27,768 bases of DNA from positions 1 to 27,768 of the IMG/VR virus record IMGVR_UViG_3300032243_000061; one strand, 5' to 3'. This stretch comes from a virus. Lineage: Duplodnaviria; Caudoviricetes. Under the pieces are notes generated by a model. That model saw only the letters and a list, made by a program, of their open reading frames with translations. It did no database searches and was not told where the DNA came from. Below are positions 16,721-24,269 of this stretch, one piece after another. Within the stretch, counting starts at the first letter, position 1; each line of letters begins with the position of its first letter. The position numbers and the translations under genes are program-made.

Positions 16721-19526
16721 CGGCGGAGTCGGCCTCGTCCGTATCTGAAGTACCCATGAACGCATCGGGGTCTAGGAAATCACCCTGCGAGCAATCAAAT
16801 ACAAAGACGTCAACAGGTGGAATACCGCTAATCTTCGTACCTTTAGCCATGCGCTTCTTCACTATGCCGACATAGACGCCGTCGTTTGTAAGCGAGGCCA
16901 GCACATCTTTAATAGTGATCTGGTGCTCAGCACACCACGTCCGCAACTTCTTACAAATAATAAATAGCTTCTTAGTGTCAGGCTCCATCCGAATGATAAG
17001 TTCGCCCTGTGGTTCTAAGATAGGGAGCATCTCTACCCCAGTACGTTTGTCCGCCTTATCATTAATCACCAAAGTGTTGCGACGATGCTCGCTCCAGTAT
17101 TCACCGATCACGCTAGCATGCGTAGTAACTGGGGGCTTATTCTCCAAACGCATCTGACCAAACTCAGCTGTAGCCCACTTGAGCACACGACCGACGTTAA
17201 TGCTGTGAATCCCTAAACGCTTGGCAAACAATGCACCTGCTAGATTGCACGCCGCCACACCTGACCAGAACCGCTCGCGGTTGGTAAACCCCATCTGCTC
17301 ATCAATGATGCGTTGTAGCTGTTTGACTTCAAGGATGCGCTCTTCCAAGTTCTCCACCAAGTCGCGCATGTAAATAGGGCCTGCATGACCATAGTTTGTG
17401 TACAGTTTGGGATACAACTCGTCAGCCTCTTGCTTAGTCATCAGCTTAGTCTCAGGGATTTGGTACTCAATTACCCGCATGAGCTCACCGTCAGGTGTGG
17501 ACTTCAAGGACTTAAGCTTATCTACAGCAGATGCGTTTGAGGAACAGAGAAGGATAGTTTGCCACTTAGCCATGTTGATACGCTCAGAGTTCTCACTGGA
17601 CTTCATCCGCCCACGGCCTCGGCCTTGTGAAACTGCATAGGCAAAGTCAGAGAAGTCGTCTGCCTTCATCTTGGTGATCTCGTCACAGCCTAAGCCCATA
17701 TTGTTCATAACACCTAGTCGGTGCAAGCGCACATTCATAGTGTCGCGCTCGATCAGCATCAGTTCTTCTGGGTGCCCAAACACACTGTGCATAGCCTTGA
17801 TCGCTGTTGTCTTGCCTGTGCCAGACTCGTTGTTAATCATGTTGACGATTGCGCCCTTTAAATTTAAGTGACGCATCAACGGCGCACCGAATGCAGTAAA
17901 GAACCCAAAGGCATGCGGCTCAAAACCCGGCTGGTCATACGCATTCACAACGCTTTGCCATTCCTCGTAAGAACCAACTGGGTTAAACCAATCTACAAGC
18001 CCCGAGGTGTAACTAGATGGTGGGCTGTACTTGTCGCCCTGTGCGGTGATTTCTTTCTCGCCAATAATGAATGACTGATTCTTCTCGGTCCAGCCGAATT
18101 GTGATCTCATAATTTCTGCTCCTTGTTTATATTGCATCTCTTTCACCGATCGAACGATGTAAGCCATGATGTTGTCCATTTGTTTTTTCAGCGCCACGAC
18201 GCCAAACCAAGCCAGCCTTTCGCGCAACTTATCTGTTGTTAGTAAATCCACTACAGCCAAAGCAAACTCTTTTACGCCGTCACGGGGGGTGTGCAGACGC
18301 ATCCAAATTGTTTCGCCCGCTTGCGGGTCTTTCAATCGCTTGACCACATATAGGTCATGCTCGTAAATCAAGTCGGCTTCAGGATCGTCCTCGTCATCTG
18401 ACTTGCGGTAGACACCGCCGTTCTTACCTCTAAAGTATGGGAAGGGGTACTCAGGGACGTCATAGACAACCGTCTTTTCCTCAACCACATACTCAATCTT
18501 GTTGTCCTCGGGTAGCGCCGCCGCAATCTCTGCGCCGAGCGTGATAGGGGATTTGATCTTGCCTTTATGTATGCAACCTACGCAACCTGATGGATTGATA
18601 GCCTCCCACGACTCACATGTATAAGGTCCTCGTATTAGTTCAACTTTAGCAATCGTGGCATCAGGGTTGTAGTCTGGATGGTCTCTAGATACATCATGGA
18701 TAGCTGTATCAACATCGGTACAGAACTTAGCAATAGACAATGTCGCACGCCAGCGCGGTTCATCTAAAATCTTCTGGTCAGCAATGGCCCTAGCTAGCTG
18801 CAGACAGCCTGTTCCGTTTACGTTCTTGTCTACTATGATTTGGAATCGGTGCTGTCGGTTGCCCATCAGCGCCTTAGTCATATCATCTGCAAATGTAGGC
18901 AAATAGTCAGGCGTCTCATCCATCACGCCTAACTTGTCTTTGAAATCCTCAAACGAAATATCGTTGCCCATCACCATAACTGCTACTTCTAGCGGCGGCT
19001 CGGCTTTGTGGTTGAGCGTATCTGGCATCCTCAGTATGGATGCGGCATCAGCCGTGCGGCTAGGGTCGGCCTCTAAGCCTTCCTCATTACACAAAACTTT
19101 CAAACGCTTAGCCGCATTCACCCACTCTTTGCGGGCAATCGGCGCAGTCAAAGGCCAATAGACATGTAGTCCTCGACCCGAATTCACTACAGTCGGCTTC
19201 GGTAATCCTACGGTTTTGCAAAAACCTTTAAGTGCTTCTAGTCCCTCAGACTGATCCGCATATGGCTTACCTGTTCCGCAGTCAATGTCAAGCCAAAATG
19301 ACTTGATGTTCTTCACGTTATCGTTAGTACGTGAACCTGATTCTTCATACTTTGCGCAAGCAAAATAGACGTCAAATTGCTCGTCCAATAAATCTTGAAC
19401 GGCGTCTTCTACACCCTGCATATCCTCAACAAATATTTGCCGAGGGTGACCTGTCTTCTTCAGACCGACCACGCAGTACCACCCGTCAGGCGATAGCACC
19501 GCCGACAGTAACCCTGCTCTTGTCAT
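16707..19526 (-). CDS. Primase-helicase: RepB-like AEP primase, Cys-containing primase C-terminal domain and DUF927-type helicase
   Basis: AEP motifs FWLDID, VNSGRGLHVYW and RMPDTLNHK; EPRWRA.LSIAKFC...YTC..W....C..C; QFGW; Walker A ESGTGKTT; Walker B CDE; NYGHAG. Start reassigned to ATG 19526 (SD GAGG) rather than 19574. Confidence 0.88.
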   Translation of the reverse strand: MTRAGLLSAVLSPDGWYCVVGLKKTGHPRQIFVEDMQGVEDAVQDLLDEQFDVYFACAKYEESGSRTNDNVKNIKSFWLDIDCGTGKPYADQSEGLEALKGFCKTVGLPKPTVVNSGRGLHVYWPLTAPIARKEWVNAAKRLKVLCNEEGLEADPSRTADAASILRMPDTLNHKAEPPLEVAVMVMGNDISFEDFKDKLGVMDETPDYLPTFADDMTKALMGNRQHRFQIIVDKNVNGTGCLQLARAIADQKILDEPRWRATLSIAKFCTDVDTAIHDVSRDHPDYNPDATIAKVELIRGPYTCESWEAINPSGCVGCIHKGKIKSPITLGAEIAAALPEDNKIEYVVEEKTVVYDVPEYPFPYFRGKNGGVYRKSDDEDDPEADLIYEHDLYVVKRLKDPQAGETIWMRLHTPRDGVKEFALAVVDLLTTDKLRERLAWFGVVALKKQMDNIMAYIVRSVKEMQYKQGAEIMRSQFGWTEKNQSFIIGEKEITAQGDKYSPPSSYTSGLVDWFNPVGSYEEWQSVVNAYDQPGFEPHAFGFFTAFGAPLMRHLNLKGAIVNMINNESGTGKTTAIKAMHSVFGHPEELMLIERDTMNVRLHRLGVMNNMGLGCDEITKMKADDFSDFAYAVSQGRGRGRMKSSENSERINMAKWQTILLCSSNASAVDKLKSLKSTPDGELMRVIEYQIPETKLMTKQEADELYPKLYTNYGHAGPIYMRDLVENLEERILEVKQLQRIIDEQMGFTNRERFWSGVAACNLAGALFAKRLGIHSINVGRVLKWATAEFGQMRLENKPPVTTHASVIGEYWSEHRRNTLVINDKADKRTGVEMLPILEPQGELIIRMEPDTKKLFIICKKLRTWCAEHQITIKDVLASLTNDGVYVGIVKKRMAKGTKISGIPPVDVFVFDCSQGDFLDPDAFMGTSDTDEADSADEDK

Positions 19527-19543
19527 AGCCGCCTCTAAGAAAT

Positions 19544-19578
19544 GCGTCGGAGGGGCGCGGCGAGCCCCGTCCAAACGC
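19544..19578 (-). terminator. GC-rich stem-loop between HTH and primase genes (possible terminator/attenuator)
   Basis: Minus-strand GCGUUUGGACGGGGC-UCGCCGC-GCCCCUCCGACGC followed by AUUUCUU. It fills most of the intergenic gap; the U-tract is weak. Confidence 0.5.
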
Positions 19579-19820
19579 TACTGAACAAACCCAACCTTAG
19601 AAAGCATCTCGTTAATTTTTGCTTCGTGTACCTTGCGTGGAATCCAATCGCCTGAGAACCATTTATAGATTGTCATGCGGCTAACTCCAAAGTACTCAGC
19701 GACTTCACGAACGGGATAATCTTTCTTAATACAGAATCGCCCCAGCTTTACGCCGGAGCTCTCTGTACTTGCTTCTTGGTTGGCGCGAACGATTCGAGTT
19801 GCGTAACCTCTGTTATCCAT
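19578..19820 (-). CDS. Helix-turn-helix DNA-binding protein (Cro/XRE-like)
   Basis: PVREVAEYFGVSRMTIYKWFSG is a classic HTH. TAATG coupling to the upstream gene. Confidence 0.85.
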   Translation of the reverse strand: MDNRGYATRIVRANQEASTESSGVKLGRFCIKKDYPVREVAEYFGVSRMTIYKWFSGDWIPRKVHEAKINEMLSKVGFVQ

Positions 19821-20686
19821 TACTCGTCTTCAGTCCACTGTTTGAGCACGTCATTGAATTCCTTCTTAGTAGCGGGCTCGGCGTTCTTCTTGGCAGTACG
19901 CTTTGTTGGCTCAGGCATGATTTCTTCATCCTGTGCTTTAGGTGCGGGTGCGGCAATCGCTTTCTTCTTAGGCCCATCAGTTTGTGATGGAGTTTGTACG
20001 ACAGCGGCTTTAGCGGCAGGGCTATCACCTTTGTCTTTAGCAGACATCCACTCTTCTTTGGATAAGAAACGCACGGGTTTGAAGGTCAACTTAGGGGTAT
20101 CGCTATCACTGTCCATACGCATCTCTGTTACCAAAGTGCTGATGCTCTTGCCTTGCGCGCCGACATACTTAGCGTATTGTTGGAACGGCATCTTGTCTAC
20201 ATCGCCACGACCGAAGATTGACTTAGCGGGCAACACCAACTGAAATACATCGCCTGCAACGTCGTCGGCTAATAGAACAGCCAAGCGTTGTTGGTAACGG
20301 CAAGCGCGTGAATCGCCTTGACCAGAACCTTTGATGTTTTGCTCACAGCCTTCGCAAGAAGAATGTTGTGGGTACTCGATGCTTGCATCGGGCTTGTCAC
20401 CGTCGTTAGACCAGCAATCAGGGTGCGAAGTCTCACCAGCAACATACTTACCAGCATAGAAAGAACGCGACACTTTTGTCGCACCATTAACAATGACGAT
20501 GTTCATTGAACGGTTTTCATTCTTGGCAATCTCTTCACCACTGACCATCATGCGAAACACACCACCACGGATGGAGATGCGCTTCATGCCAGTATTACCA
20601 GCAAGCGCTTTGGTCATGTCGTCGAGGCCGACGTCCTTTAGGTAGTCAGGGAGATTGTTGCTAAAGAGCGCGAGGTCGTTACTCAT
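19820..20686 (-). CDS. Conserved phage replication protein, putative ssDNA-binding protein
   Basis: Start ATG 20686 (MSNDLALF; SD AAGGA). Motifs RISIRGG.F and PDCWS.DG..P...C..C..N..GS....RAC (4 Cys), a Lys/Ala/Pro linker and acidic tail WTEDE, in the replication cluster. The SSB function is inference. Confidence 0.6.
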   Translation of the reverse strand: MSNDLALFSNNLPDYLKDVGLDDMTKALAGNTGMKRISIRGGVFRMMVSGEEIAKNENRSMNIVIVNGATKVSRSFYAGKYVAGETSHPDCWSNDGDKPDASIEYPQHSSCEGCEQNIKGSGQGDSRACRYQQRLAVLLADDVAGDVFQLVLPAKSIFGRGDVDKMPFQQYAKYVGAQGKSISTLVTEMRMDSDSDTPKLTFKPVRFLSKEEWMSAKDKGDSPAAKAAVVQTPSQTDGPKKKAIAAPAPKAQDEEIMPEPTKRTAKKNAEPATKKEFNDVLKQWTEDE

Positions 20687-20855
20687 TTGATTTTCCTTTG
20701 ATAAAGTTGTATATAACATTTGCGTTGTACATCAGTTCTGAAACTGATGTGTATTGCTTGGACTGTTTGTTCAGCTCAAGCGCCTGATCTACCGCACGCT
20801 CTCGGTAGAACATTTCGTCGCGTTCCCTGCGGAACGCTAATTCTTCAATGTCCAT
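20679..20855 (-). CDS. Small hypothetical protein (58 aa, below the ORF-track cut-off)
   Basis: MDIEELAFRRERDEMFYRERAVDQALELNKQSKQYTSVSELMYNANVIYNFIKGKSNE. TAATG coupling with the upstream gene and an 8-nt overlap with the downstream start; it exactly fills the gap. Confidence 0.7.
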   Translation of the reverse strand: MDIEELAFRRERDEMFYRERAVDQALELNKQSKQYTSVSELMYNANVIYNFIKGKSNE

Positions 20856-21250
20856 TACTTCCTCCGGATGGTGATTTCATATTCTCGGTCGATATTCAAT
20901 CCCATAGGTTCACTATCAGGATTGTTATCCAAGAACTCTTTCATATTCATTTGATGAATACGTTTTTCTAGCAACTGCATTGCTTCGTGCTCGCGCATAA
21001 AGGTGTAGAAGCTTTCCCAGTCATTAGTCCAATAGCGGTCTTTGACGGTTCGATACGCAGTTCCCTGCGGTGTTGAAAAGCTAGTAACGCCAGTCTCTTT
21101 AGAGACCTCAAGTAACTTTTGCTTTAGGGTAGTCATCTGCTCTTCTAGCTCGGCAGTATCAGCCTTATACTTTGCGTATATAGCATCTTTTGAATCGCGA
21201 ATCTTAATATAAGCGCCGACGATTTTGTCAATAGAAACATCTTGTTCCAT
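20855..21250 (-). CDS. Conserved phage hypothetical protein (coiled coil plus beta region)
   Basis: 131 aa, YIKIRD..., S.ST..GT.YR......NDW.SFY.F.......LLEKRI.Q..MKEFL..NP...P.GL. SD GGAG; first gene after the 21385-21412 promoter. Confidence 0.75.
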   Translation of the reverse strand: MEQDVSIDKIVGAYIKIRDSKDAIYAKYKADTAELEEQMTTLKQKLLEVSKETGVTSFSTPQGTAYRTVKDRYWTNDWESFYTFMREHEAMQLLEKRIHQMNMKEFLDNNPDSEPMGLNIDREYEITIRRK

Positions 21251-21278
21251 ACTCTTACTCCAATTTGTTTTTTATAGG

Positions 21279-21378
21279 TGTTGGTGATGCGTTCACATAA
21301 AGCAGTGTGGTTCAACTTACTTGGTATTTGCACAATTCAAGTAAATACGGCGCTAACCCGCATTACACACCACCAACA
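21279..21378 (-). ncRNA. Putative structured RNA (four-way junction), 5' leader or small RNA
   Basis: A 14-bp closing stem UGUUGGUGGUGUGU/ACGCAUCACCAACA (2 G-U pairs) encloses three hairpins: AUGCGG/CCGUAU, UUACUUG/CAAGUAA and CACA/UGUG. It begins at the predicted TSS. Confidence 0.7.
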
Positions 21379-21384
21379 AAAATC

Positions 21385-21412
21385 ATTATACTCTATTTGT
21401 TGACTTTGTCAA
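21385..21412 (-). promoter_or_regulatory. Sigma70 promoter with consensus hexamers and overlapping inverted repeat
   Basis: Minus strand TTGACA (21412-21407), N16, TATAAT (21390-21385). The inverted repeat TTGAC-TTT-GTCAA (21400-21412) overlaps the -35. Confidence 0.85.
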
Positions 21413-22956
21413 GAGTTAATTTCATTTTTATACAAATCAATAATCTTGTTATGGAAGTCCAATTTGTTTTGCAACATTGAGTAGAGTTTTGTTTCTACTG
21501 GACTACCTTCAAGATGCACGATTGTCATAGGGTTACGCTGTCCGGGTCGATCGATACGCGCGTTTGCTTGCAGGTATGTTTCAATCGACGTGACAGGAGC
21601 GTACCACACGATTACGTTCGCCGCAGTTAGGGTAACCCCATGTGCCGCCGCTTGCGGTTGAATCAAAAGTACTCGTGGTTCATCTGACTCTTGAAACCTT
21701 TTGAAGATATCGGTACGCCTTGACACGCTTACAGAGCCATTGATTATCTCTGACGTTACCTTGTTCTTTGTTAGGAAATCCTGTACTAGATTTAGTGTAT
21801 GTGTAAAAGGTATAAATACTAAAACTTTATGGCTTGCTTCTTCAATAACTTCTAACAAAATGTTTAATCTACTGGACGCATCAAACTCAATTACATTTTT
21901 AGTATCGGTATATACAGCGCCACAAGATATTTGGAGCAACTTGTTTAGTTGTGCCGCCGCATTTACGGCAGAAACCTCGTCGCCAACTGCCTCAATCAAC
22001 ATTTCTTTCTTGAGGTCTTTGTAGTATTTAGATTGTTGTGATGTCAGTGGCGCAAACCGCGAAGTATGTGTTACATCAGGCAAGTCAATGCAATCTTTTT
22101 TCTCAAAACGAATAGCGGGTTGTAGTAAGTTATGCACAATACTTTGGGCTTGTGGTTTTGGAATCCACTTAAACCGTGTAAATTGGTACATAACAACGTC
22201 GCGAAATGCTGTGTATAAGTGTGGGGTTCTTGCTGGCACACATAGTTTGGCTAAGCCATAAGCATCTAGTGGTGATTGCGCTGCGGGTGTACCCGTCATC
22301 ATCCATACCCAAGTATCAGGAGTGACGATCCTTCTCAACGTTTTAAACCGTTCAGTCTTTGGGTTCTTGTACGCATTAGCTTCGTCAATGATGACGAGGT
22401 CAAACCCACCAGCCTTGAGTTCTTCCTCAACGATTGCCACCCCATCGTAGTTAATGATGACGTACTCGGCGATGCCTTCAACAATAGCCTTGCGTTTCTT
22501 GCGATCTCCGTGTGCCACATCTACGTGGCGATGGACAGCAAATTTAAACAAGTCGGCTTGCCATGCGGCTTGCATGATGGACACAGGACAGATAACCAAT
22601 ACCCGTCGTATGTATTCCTGCTCAAGCAGGTAATCCGATGCCCAGATAGCTGATGCAGTCTTACCAGTACCTTGTTCGTTAAAACAAAAAGCGCGTGGGT
22701 GCAATGTCAAAAAGGATGATGTTTCCTTCTGATGGTTCATTGGTTTGAAAAGTCCGGGCCAGTTGTAATCGCGTTCAATCGGGGACGGCACATCAGGTAG
22801 CCCTAATGTCTTAAGCATCTGTGCTTCCTTCAACCCCCAATGGACAGCCACCGAACCGTCAGTAGTCTCGGTGCTTTTAGCAATCGTAGAAAGAATCTTT
22901 TGCGGTTCTTCTGTTTCAATCAGTAGGTACTTGTTGTCAATTACTTGCATGTTCAT
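21409..22956 (-). CDS. SNF2-family (SF2) helicase
   Basis: Motif I NEQGTGKT, Ia VICP, II IIDEAN, III MTGTP, V AHGVTLT, VI QANARIDRPGQ. Confidence 0.92.
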   Translation of the reverse strand: MNMQVIDNKYLLIETEEPQKILSTIAKSTETTDGSVAVHWGLKEAQMLKTLGLPDVPSPIERDYNWPGLFKPMNHQKETSSFLTLHPRAFCFNEQGTGKTASAIWASDYLLEQEYIRRVLVICPVSIMQAAWQADLFKFAVHRHVDVAHGDRKKRKAIVEGIAEYVIINYDGVAIVEEELKAGGFDLVIIDEANAYKNPKTERFKTLRRIVTPDTWVWMMTGTPAAQSPLDAYGLAKLCVPARTPHLYTAFRDVVMYQFTRFKWIPKPQAQSIVHNLLQPAIRFEKKDCIDLPDVTHTSRFAPLTSQQSKYYKDLKKEMLIEAVGDEVSAVNAAAQLNKLLQISCGAVYTDTKNVIEFDASSRLNILLEVIEEASHKVLVFIPFTHTLNLVQDFLTKNKVTSEIINGSVSVSRRTDIFKRFQESDEPRVLLIQPQAAAHGVTLTAANVIVWYAPVTSIETYLQANARIDRPGQRNPMTIVHLEGSPVETKLYSMLQNKLDFHNKIIDLYKNEINS

Positions 22957-23348
22957 ACCTTTATCCGAGCCATAGGTGCATACTGGTCAATGACATTGTG
23001 GGTTTCTACTTCACCCAAAGCAACAAGACGCTGGGCTACAACATTTAGATAGTCGTCTTCAAGAGGGGTCTCCATAGAAATCCAACGAGTTCCATATGAA
23101 AGCATCCAAGCGGCACGAAGTTGTTCCACGGTTAACTCAAACGCTGGGTGTTTGTCCAAGTCGGTGCTCCTAAGATTTACTTGTCGTGGATAGCTTTGAG
23201 GCAGTGTTTTGCTTATGGTGGCGTTGTTGCCGATGTGAGTGATGTATGGGCCAGATCCGATTTGTATCATCGAAGACCCATATAGCAAAGCATTAGTATT
23301 TGCCTCTTCTATTGCCTTATTTAACCCCGTGGTCGGATCGGCGAGCAT
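22953..23348 (-). CDS. Hypothetical protein
   Basis: Open frame ending in an ATGA overlap with the helicase. The start is uncertain (ATG 23348 or 23270; 23444 would overlap HNH by 128 nt). Confidence 0.6.
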   Translation of the reverse strand: MLADPTTGLNKAIEEANTNALLYGSSMIQIGSGPYITHIGNNATISKTLPQSYPRQVNLRSTDLDKHPAFELTVEQLRAAWMLSYGTRWISMETPLEDDYLNVVAQRLVALGEVETHNVIDQYAPMARIKV

Positions 23349-23583
23349 ATGATCTATTGTCTGTTGCAGACTTGACGCGCAAGTTTGATCTTGTGGTTTT
23401 TCCGCCTTTACTAAGAGGTTTTTTGTGATCGACATCTTTTCCATCTCCCTTGTGAACTAATCCTGCTTCTTCCATGATGCGCCGTGCTTTGTTGCGCTCG
23501 GCTCTTTTTTTCTTAACGGCGGGCGTGCCGTCGTATGTTTCGTATTCGTGTTTGTATGGTCTTGGCTTATTGACGTAGGGCAT
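23317..23583 (-). CDS. HNH endonuclease-like protein
   Basis: Start ATG 23583 (MPYVNKPRPYKHEY; SD AGGAG). KGDGKDVDHKKPLSKGG....NLRV.....NRS beta-beta-alpha-Me motif; 88 aa. Confidence 0.85.
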   Translation of the reverse strand: MPYVNKPRPYKHEYETYDGTPAVKKKRAERNKARRIMEEAGLVHKGDGKDVDHKKPLSKGGKTTRSNLRVKSATDNRSYARRSDHGVK

Positions 23584-23591
23584 AGGGACTC

Positions 23592-24269
23592 CTAAAGTTT
23601 CTTGCTGTTGTGTTCGCAGTCGGTTACAGGGCACCAACCACGGCAGGTAAAGTTTGGTCGAGGGTTCCAAACATCCGTAATCATCGCACTCTCTAGCTGA
23701 TTTGTCTCGGGTATCCACTTGCTCCAAGCATCAGTTTGTTGATCTGCATTGAACTCGGCGCGGACCAAGTCTTTGACAACCAAGAACATCAAACCAGCCT
23801 TGATTGTTTTGACTTGTGGGAAGTGTTTAAAGGTTAGTAGGGACAGCAGTTCGAGTTGTTTCTTGTCGGCGTACCGACTGGACTTGCTAGTCTTGTAATC
23901 AATGATGCGTGCTTTCTCACCATCAATAACCAGTAAGTCAGTAATCCCACGAAACCAAACATCTTTATCTCTGAATCCGCAGGGCTTCATGTCCTTGGTC
24001 AAGCCCATCTCATGCTCACATAACTTCTCACCTGACAAGGCTTTCAGTGGGTCAAGGAACGGCTGGATGTAAGCGTACTTTTCTGGTATCGGAGTACCAT
24101 CACGCACGTATTCTTCTGCTGCCTTATGAACCGCACTGCCGTAGAGCAAGTGTTCCTGTGGTGGCTCGACGATATCCTTGACGATACGCATCCTGTGGTA
24201 CTTGCGGGGGCACTGCTGAAACAGCGAGATGCTTGAATACGACCATGTGTAATTCACGTTAAGTTCCAT
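23592..24269 (-). CDS. Cas4-like PD-(D/E)XK exonuclease
   Basis: WSYSS...F.QCPRKY, G..VH, RGITDL...IIDYKT and QL motifs. C-terminal C-x3-C-x4-C completes a 4-Cys Fe-S-type set. Confidence 0.88.
   Translation of the reverse strand: MELNVNYTWSYSSISLFQQCPRKYHRMRIVKDIVEPPQEHLLYGSAVHKAAEEYVRDGTPIPEKYAYIQPFLDPLKALSGEKLCEHEMGLTKDMKPCGFRDKDVWFRGITDLLVIDGEKARIIDYKTSKSSRYADKKQLELLSLLTFKHFPQVKTIKAGLMFLVVKDLVRAEFNADQQTDAWSKWIPETNQLESAMITDVWNPRPNFTCRGWCPVTDCEHNSKKL

Noticed and set aside
20720-20971. 83-aa + strand ORF in the apparent gap between replication genes
   Set aside because: It runs against the operon and overlaps the 131-aa gene. The gap is better explained by the coupled minus-strand 58-aa ORF.
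21279-21378. Possible tRNA or known self-cleaving ribozyme
   Set aside because: There is no TTCRA T-loop or 5-bp/7-nt anticodon arm, and the closing stem is 14 bp. There is no CUGAUGA/GAAA core or other ribozyme consensus I recognise. It is kept only as an unclassified RNA.
21400-21435. Divergent + strand promoter from TTGACT at 21400
   Set aside because: There is no acceptable -10 hexamer 16-18 bp downstream.
23317-23583. HNH as an intron-encoded or mobile homing element
   Set aside because: The flanking genes appear uninterrupted, and no group I intron structure or intein motifs were seen in polA or the helicases.
23592-24269. Cas4-like gene as evidence of a CRISPR system
   Set aside because: No repeat-spacer array or other cas gene is in the window. 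Stand-alone Cas4-like nucleases are common beside phage polymerases.
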